Shown here one piece after another: positions 52,410 through 64,000 of a stretch of DNA of 64,000 nucleotides. The notes beneath the pieces are model-generated. The model made no database searches. It was given only the letters and a program-made list of their open reading frames with translations, and was not told where the DNA came from. The DNA comes from Lytechinus pictus (Eukaryota): contig NC_087250.1 in the NCBI RefSeq assembly GCF_037042905.1, positions 21,702,001 to 21,766,000 on the forward strand. The letters run 5' to 3'. Each line of letters opens with the position of its first letter. Within the stretch, counting starts at the first letter, position 1. The position numbers and the translations under genes were made by a program.

Positions 52410-53091
52410 TAGGGTGTCTGAAGCCACACTGAACAGTGTCAGCATAAAACAGGCTGATTTAGGGGAAAATCTGGCACATTTTTTCGGGGAAGTTCAGGCT
52501 ACTAGAAAAATGTGATCTGAATTTATTATTAACTTGTGTTTGGCATGTATGGAAAGAGAAAATTCAGGGGCTTCTTTTGACAGTAAGGACAAGTTTATAT
52601 GATCATTTTAAATAAGGATTTAGAGATAAATTGCAAACCCTTATTTTTGTGTGTGTTGAGATTGCCATTTCTCCATGCGTTTTCTATGGGAAAATGAAAT
52701 TTCCGTTTTGCACAATTTTTTTCACTTTGTCGCAATTTTTCATTGTGATCTGGTTTCCAAATCTTTATAAAAATCATATCATCAGAAAGAGCATAAAAAT
52801 TCCTATTAGGCACTTTATGGACAAGTTTTTGGCATTAATAATAAATTTATAACAGCTCTCGGAAGCCAAAAATTTGGATTTGTGTGTGTCCATTTCCTAA
52901 CTACACAGTCTATGGCAGAGAAATGCTGAAAATTTACCTAATTTCATTCTTCTTTTTTGCAGCCAATAATTGGATTTTTTTCAAAAATGTTACATTTCTG
53001 TCAGTCTGAAGGTCATTTCTCTTCAAATTCACAAAGAAAATGTGATATTTTCTTGAAATAAGAAAAATATTTTTTTTCTCCAGACACCCTA
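52410..53091. mobile_element. TIR element inserted in a (TAC)n run
   Basis: TAGGGTGTCTG...CAGACACCCTA; CTACTAC on both flanks (TSD length ambiguous inside the microsatellite). Confidence 0.7.
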
Positions 53092-53398
53092 CTACTACTA
53101 GTGTGAGTGGCCCGCCGGCCGCCGCCCTGGCCCTCGACCCATTTTTTACGCCACTGTAGAACCCTTGCCAATTTAAGTTAAAACTAGCAATGACAAAATC
53201 AATCTTATAAAAAATTAAACTTTATAACGACGGTTATCGGATTCCACTAGCTCCGCGGCCTTCGGCGCCTCGGCTCGGCAATCGCAATTCGCATCGCCAA
53301 CGGCGCTCCGCGGACATGCATGGCGGAGGCAGCTCAGATCGCGGAGCTTGATCTAATCTAGGCCTACACAAAAATGAATGTACGGGACTGCACTGTAC

Positions 53399-53612
53399 CT
53401 GCCCACTCTCCAAATTCTCTGACAAAATCTCGTTTTGGTTTCAGCTTGGGATAAAAATGCATCCTAACCACATACTGCACCCTATAGCACGTAATAATGG
53501 CCTTCTTCGTCACATAATATGCACCGATCAAGGACAGAACATCCGAGTAAACATGAAAACTGTTTGAAATTTGACGGAGGAGAAAGTCAAAACTGTCCAC
53601 CGTTTCAGCCAT
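53399..53612 (-). CDS. HSDL1: HSDL1-like short-chain dehydrogenase/reductase, exon 1
   Basis: MAETVDSFDFLLRQI...DFVREFGEWA resembles the HSDL1 N-terminus (MAAVDSF..L.R.I). Donor G|gtacag; 214 nt, phase 1. GC-rich region with GC boxes just upstream. Confidence 0.85.
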
Positions 53613-53699
53613 GTTCACATGATACAACTTGTACGAGGGGGGCCGGCCGACCGCGCGCCGCCGCGCCGGCGCCGCGCCGCGAGGTGGGGCGGAGCGTTC
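53613..53699 (-). promoter_or_regulatory. GC-rich 5' UTR / proximal promoter of the HSDL1-like gene
   Basis: CpG-rich run at 53637-53697 with GGGGCGG box; a further GGGGCGGGGC at 55639-55648 beyond the insertion. Confidence 0.55.
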
Positions 53700-54171
53700 A
53701 GGGCACACATGAGTATTACAGACCCCCATTGACTCACGTGTTAAATCATAGCCCATCAAAAAATCATCAAAAATCAATCCCTCGATAGATTTTGCTTTAA
53801 TTCTCTGACATTAGTCACAATTAACTGTACATTAAGACCTGATATGTTAATCGGGTACTTGCCCGGCTCAATCAAAAGTTAAGTGGCCTGAAATAAGACT
53901 AACCATAATTTCGGCCAGTTCATCGCCAGAAAAACCCGAACTGCATTGTGGGTAATAATAATTAAAATGAAATACAAAAATGCAGTCTAGCCTCCCCAAA
54001 GGCCTTAATTATGAAAGAGTATGAACATGACATTGTTTCTATCATTTATATTTTGATATACAAACATTTTGTCCATTTTTAATGAATTATTTTAATCAAT
54101 AAAGTCATGTGATCTTTACTTACGCCTGTCCGACATGCTTTGCGCGCGGTTGAATTACTCTCATGTGCCCT
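53700..54171. mobile_element. 472-bp TIR element, copy 1
   Basis: AGGGCACACATGAGTA / TACTCTCATGTGCCCT imperfect TIR; no difference seen from 55164-55635. Confidence 0.8.
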
Positions 54172-55163
54172 ATACTGAGGGTCGAACAAAGAAAAGTTGA
54201 ATATTTTGGTCTCAAAAGAAAGAATGGGTTCTCCTGAATAGATTGATACCTTGCATTCAATACCTATTCTGACTAAACGCGTTAAAAGAAAAGAAAACGT
54301 CTCATTAGACGCCCCTCATTTTAATGTAAAAATACAGTGTTCCATTCATATAATTTGTGCGCTTCCTATAGGCTATGGTAATGCAGCTACAAGTTATACT
54401 TGTTTGATGTCCATCGATGGGCTAAAATATATATTGTGTGGAGTTAAAACTTCTTGTTAGCATGTTTAATTTTGTTCGAAGTGATTTATTACCTTCTTTA
54501 TTCGCATAAAAATAAACAAAGTAAATAAAAGAAAATGGATAACAAACAAAGAGTGTAAGCAATTCCACGGTGCTCATATCGCCTCTCTTCCTCATTATAA
54601 CTCACAAGCTGGAGGGGGGGGGGTGCTATAGATATATACCATCAACCCCGCCCTGCTTACAAGACAGGAGGATGAGGTATGTACCCCGACTCAGCTCCCC
54701 CCCCCCCTCGCGTAGCTTTCAACGAAGTGAATAGTATTTAAGTGCGCAATCCACATCTGACTGAGACAAGTTTATGTATTTTAATGTTTTGTTCATCTTT
54801 CTTTCTCGGCGTGCTCTAAACACTAAAATTGGGAATCCTTGATGATAATTAGTAGTTATTTATCATTTTTAAATCCTACTTATTTCATTTCACCCCCTCA
54901 AACCAACCAGATCTGATCTCCTGTTGGCAGTAGAAACTCGTATTTCTGCATGATAAATGATAATAAGCATTGAATATGCATTTGAAAGCGTCATTTCATC
55001 ATAGTAAGCGATAAATGCACTAAATGCCGAGTTATATACCGATCAACTGTTGTCAAACATAACATATTTCATTGTATAAAACTGTTTAAAGCATTCCATC
55101 ACTGATTTCTAGCAGACGACGCTCAGCCTTAGCAACGACTGTGTAGAAGTGTAGTCGCGGTAC

Positions 55164-55635
55164 AGGGCACACATGAGTATTACAGACCCCCATTGACTCA
55201 CGTGTTAAATCATAGCCCATCAAAAAATCATCAAAAATCAATCCCTCGATAGATTTTGCTTTAATTCTCTGACATTAGTCACAATTAACTGTACATTAAG
55301 ACCTGATATGTTAATCGGGTACTTGCCCGGCTCAATCAAAAGTTAAGTGGCCTGAAATAAGACTAACCATAATTTCGGCCAGTTCATCGCCAGAAAAACC
55401 CGAACTGCATTGTGGGTAATAATAATTAAAATGAAATACAAAAATGCAGTCTAGCCTCCCCAAAGGCCTTAATTATGAAAGAGTATGAACATGACATTGT
55501 TTCTATCATTTATATTTTGATATACAAACATTTTGTCCATTTTTAATGAATTATTTTAATCAATAAAGTCATGTGATCTTTACTTACGCCTGTCCGACAT
55601 GCTTTGCGCGCGGTTGAATTACTCTCATGTGCCCT
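55164..55635. mobile_element. 472-bp TIR element, copy 2 (same orientation)
   Basis: Direct repeat of 53700-54171. Confidence 0.8.
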
Positions 55636-55657
55636 TCAGGGGCGGGGCGCTATATAT

Positions 55658-56360
55658 GAAGAGTTTAGTTGCAAAAGGGGTTAGGTCCACTTTGGACCAC
55701 TCTGAGAAAAAACATGTTTTTTATTCTCACTTATTGCAATATTCTTATGAGAAACTAAATTGTCATGATGTACTACCCTATCATGTGAACATACAATTTG
55801 GTATAAAAGAAATCTACCTGCATGTCTTCATTTTTTTTCTATATTTAAAAAAAAAAATCATAACTGTGGACCTAACCCCTTTTGCAAGTAAACTGAAATG
55901 AATCCAATCTCTTTTGATTAAAAAAGTGATTTTTCTTTGCCACTTTCATTCACGTTTTCATTTGAATTTCAAATTGTCTTTGATATATCATCAGAGTGAC
56001 TAAAAATTTAGAGGTTTAGAGACAGGAAACAATAAAATATATGAAAAATGGACCTAACCCCTTTTAACAAATGAGTTCTTCAGAAGAGTTTAGTTGCAAA
56101 AGGGGTTATAGGTCCACTCCAAGAAAATAATTTTTTTAATTCTCCCATATTGCAATATTCTTATGCGAAACTGAATTTTCATGGTACCCTAACATGAGGA
56201 CATAAAATTGGGTATTTATAAGAGAAATCTACCTCTCTTCATATTTTTTAAGATACTAACCCCTTTTGCAACTAAACTGAAACGGGCCTAACCCCTTTAA
56301 AAAAAAAAAATTTTCTTTGCCATTTTAGTTCACTTTTTAATAGGAATTTCAACTTTTCTT
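55658..56360. repeat. TIR element GAAGAG...TTCTTC followed by a partial tandem copy
   Basis: GAAGAGTTTAGTTGCAAAAGGGGTTA at 55658 and 56083; inverse end at about 56050-56081. Confidence 0.55.
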
Positions 56361-56488
56361 TGGTACAGGCCAATATATATCTCGTACTTACTGTGAGAGG
56401 CCTAGCCAGCTGCAAAGGACGAGGGCGTTTCTGGAAATTATGGTATTGAACTACATTTTTTGTTTTTATCCTTTATTTTCTATATTAA

Positions 56489-57087
56489 AGGACAAGTCCA
56501 CCCCAACAAAAAATTGATTTATATAGGTAGAGAAAAATCAAACTAGCATAACACTGAAAATTTCATCAAAATCGGATGTGAAATAAGTTATGGCATTTTA
56601 AAGTTTCGCTGATTTTTCACAAAACAGTGATATGCACAACTCAGTGACATGCAAATGAGTCAGTCGATGATGTCTATCACTCACAGCTATTTCTTTTGTT
56701 TTTTATTGTTTGAATTATAAAATATTTAATTTTTTACAGATTTGACCATAGGGACCGACTTGACTGAACCATAAAGTATTAAACAATGCTAATTCCACAT
56801 GTTCAGGGAGGAATTAATCACTGTTTCACTTGACAATGAAGAGAAAACTAGAATATTTCGTTTCTCATATAATAAAATACAAAATAAATAGTGAGTGGAT
56901 GACATCACCAGTCTCCTCATTTTCATACCGACAAGGATGTGCATACTGTTTTGTGAAATTAAGCGAAACTTTAAAATGTCATAACTTCATTATTTTACAT
57001 CCGATTTTGATGAAATTTTGAGTGTTATGCCTGTTGGATTATTCTCTTTTTATCAAAATCATTTTTTTGTTTGGGTGGACTTGTCCT
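56489..57087. mobile_element. Kolobok/T2-like MITE (intact copy)
   Basis: TTAA|AGGACAAGTCCACCC...GGGTGGACTTGTCCT|TTAA. Confidence 0.85.
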
Positions 57088-57495
57088 TTAATCGACATAT
57101 TTGCATCCCCCGGTGCATGCAGCCTCTCTATTCTACCCCATCTTCATTTTTTTCCCCCTTAGTTTTAGTTCCTCTTTCCCTTCCCATTATGTTCCTTCTC
57201 TCTCGATTTCTTTTCCCCTTATTGCTGGGGGATACCAAGGGTGACATGGATAGACAAGCAAACTTACTTGATCGCTGTGCCTTTGTTGGCTGATGTTCAA
57301 CAACTATCCAATCAAACACGTTCCAACGTTGTGACGTTGTTGGCTGTCCAACAAATCTCCAACACACTATAGTTTCCAATGTTGTGCCATTGTCTGTCGT
57401 TCAAGAACTTTCCAACGTTGCCAACATTGTGTCATCGTCGACTATCCTACTGATCTCCAACCTACCAGTTTCCAACGTTGTACCAGTGTCAGTTG

Positions 57496-58221
57496 CATAG
57501 GCGGATCCAGCTTTTGGCCAAAGGGGGGGGGGGGGGGCGCACTGCCGAGCGGCGCACATATTTTTGCACTTCACCGGCGCCATAAAAGAAAATGTTGAAA
57601 AGGGGGTAAAGTCTGACCCTGTCAAATGCTCTTTTCAAAATGTAGGATTTCCAGTCGTGCCATTTTGCATGACCACACGCAGATAATATTTCCGGGGGGG
57701 GGGGCAAGACTCGAAAATTTGGTGCACATCTCACATTTGCACATTTTTCATAGTTTTCATGAAATGTTAAGAGAAAAAAAAAATGTTTTTCACAACAGCA
57801 GATCGCGAATGTGCCCCCCCTTCCCCCTTGCTGCGTACGACCATTCCCTTAAGTCCACTTAAACATATCTCATTATAACAGAAATATACATCAATTTAAA
57901 CATATAATCTTTCTAAAAACATATATAGAGAGAGATTGAAAAACTTATTAAAGAAAGAAACAAGCAAAAAGTAACACAAATTATGCATGTTATGTGCGAT
58001 TTCAAAATCTCGTGTATTAACCCTTTTATTGCGGTGAGGCCAATACTTTTGTATATTAATAGAGATACAATTTTTTTTTTACTATATGTATATATATATA
58101 TATATACACAGGGGCGTCGATCCTTTTTTTCAGATTTGGGGGGCAAAATCATTAATCAACTTTCCAAAGGCGCTCGATATCACACAAAACAAACAAACTC
58201 ACACAAACACACACACACATA

Positions 58222-58260
<39 letters not shown>

Positions 58261-59953
58261 CTCATGAGATAGAAACACATATCTCACCAACAAATTAATG
58301 CGAGCGCGAAGCGCGAGCTGAATTTTTTAGTATACTGACCTGAAAACAGGAAAAAGGTGCCTGTTTAGGACTGTTTGTAGTAACTCATGAGGAGGATACA
58401 TATCTCACTACACAGATAATGCGAGTGCCGAGGGCGAGCTGAAATTTTTTTATATTCTGACCAGAAAGCTTGATATTCTATGCATTTTTGGTACCAATGA
58501 TTAAGATGGGTATCTAAAAAAACAATAGATGCGAGCGCGAAGCGCGAGCTTAAAATTTTGATATTTCGATCTGAAAAAAATGACAGTTTAATGGACGTTT
58601 GTGATAAAGAACAAGATTATATCCAGCAAAAGATTATTGCAAATCGAAGCGGGAGTTCTTTTGACGTTTAGTCCTGAAAATTTTTATATTCCAATCTGAG
58701 AAGCGGATAATTTAAGCACGATTTTAAATAAAGAACGAGTTGTGTAGCTCAATCTCAATATACGACTGGTTGCGTAATTATACACTCCCGGTAATAGCAA
58801 CGGGTTTTAGCAAAGTTTTGGGCTAAAATATCGAATCATCTTCATAAAACACTATAGTAGCTGTCTTAAACTAAATCGAGATCTAAATCTAGATTTGGTT
58901 GGCAATAGGCCCTTCTTCATTACTCTACCGGCGCATATTTATTGGAATCAGGGGACGCTGATTATTCTTGACCGGCGCCGATTTAGAACAAGTAGTGCTG
59001 ATTATTTTTACCGACGTCACGTAAGATTCAGGCAGCGGCAATTCATAATTGACTGGCGCCGATTTAGAACCAGGAGGCGCCGATTATTCTTGACTGGCGC
59101 CGATTTTTAACCAGGTGGTGCTCATTATTCTTGTCCGGCGCCGATTTAGATTTAGGTGGAGCTGATTATTCTTGATCGGCGCCGGTTAAGACTCAGGCAG
59201 CGCCGATTTATAACCAGATGGCGCTTATTATTATTGACCAGCCCCGATTCAGATATAGGTGGCGCTGATTATCCTTGATCGGCGCCGGTTACGAACTCAG
59301 GCAGCGCCGAATTTTCTTAACCGGCACCGATTTATAAGCAGATGGCGCCGTTTATTCTTGCCCGGGGTCGATTTAGATTTAGGCGGAGCTGATTATTCTT
59401 GATCGGCGCCGGTTAAGACTCAGGCAGCGCCGATTTATAACCAGATGGCGCTGATTATTCTTGACCAGCCCCGATTTAGATGTAGGTGGCGCAGATTATC
59501 CTTGATCGGCGCCGGTTAAGACTCTGGCAGTGCCGATTTTTCTCGACTGGCGCCGATTTATAACCAAATGGCGCTGATTATTCTTGTCCGGCGCCGATTT
59601 AGATTAAGGTGGCGCTGATTATTCTTGATTGGCGCCAGTTGTATGCAGGCAGCGCACTGCTGATTATTTTTAACCGGCGAAGTTGTTGGGAAAAGGGTAG
59701 TTAAAAGAAATGATAAGGAAGATGATATGATTGTGCTTTGCTGGGGGATAGTCTTTCCTTACTGTTGCTAATATTATATCAGTGTATAATTTTTTTAAGC
59801 GGCGCCTTTTCTTTTCTTTCCTTTATTTTAAATTTTTCAAGCAGCGCCTTTTCTTTCTTTTACTTTTCTTTTATTTTTTTTGAGCGGTTCGGCGCCGCTC
59901 AAATATTAGGGGGGGCGCGCGCCCCCTGCGCCACCCCCCTGGATCCGCCACTG
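57496..59953. mobile_element. hAT-like element with 5-bp TSD AGTTG, containing a GGCGCC satellite of about 41 bp (58940-59680)
   Basis: AGTTG|CATAGGCGGATCCAG...CTGGATCCGCCACTG|AGTTG. Confidence 0.8.
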
Positions 59954-59977
59954 AGTTGTTCAACAAATTTCCATCTA

Positions 59978-61815
59978 CCCAGGACCAAAATCCAATTGAA
60001 ACCAGTTGGATTTCCAACTGGTTTCAATTGGTTTCAATTGGTTTCAACTGGTTTCAATTGGTTTTAACTGGAATTTAACAATTTCCAGTTGAAACCAATT
60101 GAAACCAGTTGGGCAACTGGAAATCCTAACTGGAACCAGTTGGGTAACTGGAAATGACTTCCAATTGGGAATGATTTCTAACTGGAACCAGTTGAGTAAC
60201 TGGAAATCCCAACTGGAACCAGTTGGGCAACTGGAAATCCTAACTGGAACCAGTTGGGTAACTGGAAATGACTTCCAATTGGAAATGATTTCTTACTGGA
60301 ACCAGTTGAGTAACTGGAAATCCCAACTGGAACCAGTTGGGCAACTGGAAATCCTAACTGGAACCAGTTGGGTAACTGGAAATGATTTCTAACTGGAACC
60401 AGTTGGGCAATTGGAAATGATTTCTAACTGGAACCAGTTGGGCAACTGGAAATCCTAACTGGAACCAGTTGGGTAACTGGAAATGACTTCCAACTGGAAA
60501 TGATTTCTAACTGGAACCAGTTGAGTAACTGGAAATCCCAACTGGAACCAGTTGGGCAACTGGAAATCCTAACTGGAACCAGTTGGGTAACTGGAAATGA
60601 CTTCCAATTGGAAATGATTTCTTACTGGAACCAGTTGAGTAACTGGAAATCCCAACTGGAACCAGTTGGGCAACTGGAAATCCTAACTGGAACCAGTTGG
60701 GTAACTGGAAATGACTTCCAATTGGAAATGAATTCTAACTGGAACCAGTTGGGCAACTGGAAATCCTAACTGGAACCAGTTGGGTAACTGGAAATGACTT
60801 CCAACTGGAAATGATTTCTAACTGGAACCAGTTGGGTAACTGGAAATCCTAACTTGAACCATTCAGTTGTGTAACTGGAAATCCTAACTGGTACCAATTG
60901 GGTAACTGAGATGACTTCTAACTGGAAAGATGGGTAACTGGAAATGAATTCTAATTGGAACCAGTTGGGTAACTGGAAATTATTTCCAATTGGTTTCCAA
61001 TTGGAAATTTTCCAGTTACCCAACTGGATCCAATTGAAACCAGTTAATTTGCATATTATTTGCCAGTGTGCACAGATTAATGTTTTATGAGATTAATCAT
61101 CATTAACAATGTATCTATTTAATTCTTTACAATTTCAAGTACCACACTTTTTAAAGATTAGTATTTAGAATACTTAGCAGTGAAAACCATGTTCATAAAT
61201 GTTATAGATTATAATTAAAACAGATTAAAGGATAATTAGTACACCACTAACTGTTACCAAATTACATCAAATAAAAGTACATATATTTGAAGATCTTCCA
61301 TATAAATATATATACATGAAAGTCTGTATTTTATCAATGCCCTTTACATTGGTATTAATAGACATATAACACTGCTTCTGTGTTGGCATGAGAAATAGTT
61401 ACTGCAAATGCTAATTAATTTGTAACTAATTAAGTTCGTTCCAACTGGAAGTTCCAATTGGATCCAGTTGGAAACCAATTGGTTTCAACTGGTTCCAGTT
61501 GAAACCAGTTGCCTCCAATTGGTTTCAACTGGAACCAATTGAAACCAGTTGCCTCCACTTGGATTCAATTGGTTTTAATAGGGAAATTGGAACAACTGGA
61601 ACCAATTGACAACAATTGCCAACTGGTTCCAGTTGCCCAATTGGTTTTAACTGGAACCAATTGGCAACTGGTTTTCAATTGGTTTTTAACTGGAACCAAT
61701 TGGCAACTGGTTTTCAATTGGAACCAGTTGTTCCAATTTCCCTATTGAAACCAGTTGGCCAACTGGTTTCAATTGGTTTTGCCCTAATTGGTTTTAACTG
61801 GATTTTGGTCCTGGG
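59978..61815. mobile_element. EnSpm/CACTA-like (CCC-ended) non-autonomous element packed with AACTGG repeats
   Basis: TA|CCCAGGACCAAAATCCA...TGGATTTTGGTCCTGGG|TA; removing it restores the host satellite unit TTTCCATC(T/G)AACTAGTTTCC. Confidence 0.75.
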
Positions 61816-64000
61816 TAACTAGTTTCCAGCTTTATCAACGTTGTGTCATGGTCTACTATCTAACTAATCTCCAATCTACCAGTTTCCAACGTTGTGCCAT
61901 CGTTGACTATCCAACAAATCTCCATCGAACTAGTTTCTAGCTTTGACAACGTTGTGCCATAGTTGGTTTTTCAACAACTTTCCATCGAACTAGTTTCCAA
62001 CGTTGCCAACCTTGTGTCTTCGTCGACTATCCAACGAATCTCCAACCTACTAGTTTCCAACATTTTGCCATTGTCAACCGTCCAACAAATCTCCAACAAA
62101 CTAGTTTCCAACTTTGTCAACGTTGTCTCATTGTCGGTTGATCAACAAATTTCCATCGAACTGGTTTCCAACGTTGCCAACGTTGTGTAATTGTTGGCTG
62201 TTCAGCAACTATCCAATTAAACATGTTTCCATCGTTGTGCCATTGTCGACTGGCCAACAACTCTCCAACTAACAAGTTTCCAACGTTGCGAACGTCGTGT
62301 CATTGTTGATTGTTCAACAACTTTCAATCGAACCAGTTTCCAACGTTGCCAACATTGTGCCTTTGCTGGCTGTTCAACAACTATCCAATCAAACGTGTCT
62401 CCAACGTTGTGACATTGTCGACTGTCCAACAACTCTCCAACTTACTAGTTTCCAACGTTGTGCCATTGTCGACCGTCCAACAAATCTCCAACAAACTAGT
62501 TCCAACTTTGTCAACGTTGTGCCATTGTCGGTTGTTCAACAACTTTCCAGCGAACTAGTTCCCAACGTTGCCAACGTTGTGCCTTTGCTGGCTGTTCAAC
62601 AACTAACCAAGCAAACGTGTTTCCAACGTTGTGACAATTTGCCATAAATGGATTTTTACACATTTCTATCAATAAAAATGATAGAATATGATGACAGTTA
62701 TTTTTGGAAAGAGTATCTTCAACAGCATTCATCGTTTCACGGTTCAATGAACATTTATTGAAAACAAAAAATACGATTTTCAAATATCATAGGCAAGTAT
62801 TGTTTCATTTTGGTAACTGAAAATGATATTTTCTCAACTTTTTCGTTATGTTCATGACCAATTAACATGCTTCAATGATTGAAAGGCGTTTAATTAAACA
62901 TTCACGCTTGTTTGAACATGTGGAATGTGATTAGCTCTTTTTACGTTATTGGAAAAATGCAATTTGTAACCATGGATAGCTGTCACAAACCTCCTTGCAT
63001 AGTTCATTTTATTTTATTTTTAAGAAAATCCCGATGTTTAATGCATCAGTGAGCACACAATATTCGAAAATTATGCAAATGAGAAGAAAGTTCAAGGCCT
63101 TGGCCTCACTTTGTGCCGTATCGAATGGTTATTTTGGTGTGCGCGCCTTTTGGATAGTGTTACTCTGAAGCAATGTGCGAAGTTTCATGAAATAACTGTT
63201 AGCAGAACTAAGTAACAAACACCGTCCATGAAACAAACCCTCATTTCATATTTGTTAAAATTTTTTACTTCCTCTCTCATAGACTTGTGTACATTATGGG
63301 TGCAAATGTTTGAGAATAAGTAACCCCTTATTCAATATGGTGGAACTTTTTTTCAAGGCTGTCTTTAGTAATGTCATTTGGCAGTAATGTTTATCAACCC
63401 ATGGGCAGAATTCCGTGCAAAAATGAAATCGATTTGTTTATTCATGGATGAGTGAGCACGCATCAAAGTGGGAAAATTTGTATTTTCAATGTCACAGACT
63501 CATTTTAAAGGGTAATAAAGTGAATATTTGGGGCAAATTTGGTTTCAAATGTAACTTTAATTGCTGTTGTTTTTATCATCCATCATTTCTATCACCACAC
63601 ACTTTCCGAACTTTAAACATTTTCATGGTTGAGCGAGCACATTCGAAAACTTAGGAATGAATACTCTTTATACTGCATAAATGTATTCTTTTCCTAACAA
63701 TTTCTCATGATCAGTTTACTTTATGGACAAATCAGTGGTGGATCCTGAATTTTAAAGTGGGGGAGAGGCCTATAATCGGGGGAGCCACCAACATTTTCAA
63801 ATTTTAATGTGATCTAACAAGTTGTAGAGGATACTACCATAAACCCCTATGATGATACGTCACAATACAGGGGCGGGGGAAGGGTTTTAAAAGTGGGGGG
63901 GGGGGGGGTCTGACCATGCAAAAAATCGCAATCGTATGGTAATTTTTACATTTTTGTACATGAGTAGTTAGGGGTTAGACCTCATCCTAATTGACCTTTG

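Larger units (their letters stand above)
57270..62640. repeat. CCAACGTTG-based minisatellite (unit about 45-55 bp) interrupted by two insertions
   Basis: Segments 57270-57495, 59954-59977 and 61816-62640. Confidence 0.8.

Noticed and set aside
53700..55635. LTR retrotransposon or miniature LTR element
   Set aside because: The repeats lack TG...CA ends and a 4-6 bp TSD, and I saw no primer-binding site; they have TIRs instead.
60099..62783. Repetitive ORFs in the satellites
   Set aside because: By-products of short tandem repeats, with no splice or homology support.

Overview
AT-rich, intron-containing, repeat-dense animal genomic DNA. The repeat families suggest an invertebrate deuterostome, probably a sea urchin (inference). 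Genes: (1) the last two coding exons of UAP1 (+, 1187-1259 and 3666-3767); (2) a TRIM gene with a single coding exon (RING, two B-boxes, coiled coil, divergent beta-propeller-like tail; +, 23043-24929); (3) a complete 7-exon HSDL1-like short-chain dehydrogenase (-, 53612 down to 36687, 356 aa, all phases consistent, catalytic YxxxK intact); (4) a probable decayed type-I membrane mucin-like pseudogene (+, about 26.4-29.0 kb). The rest is mostly non-autonomous DNA transposons (Kolobok/T2-like, piggyBac-like, Harbinger-like, Tc1-like, hAT-like, EnSpm-like, Helentron/HINE-like, Crypton-like), tRNA-derived SINEs and minisatellites, often nested. I recognised no transposase ORF. Most notable: a cointegrate-like insertion in the HSDL1 promoter (two apparently identical 472-bp TIR elements flanking about 1 kb of cargo, with swapped flanks); a minimal hammerhead ribozyme in a Penelope-like fragment; hAT-like elements with 5-, 6- and 7-bp target duplications; an interrupted inverted duplication; and repeated local duplication of exon boundaries in HSDL1 and UAP1. 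Everything was read by eye, and family names are by recalled resemblance, not database search.
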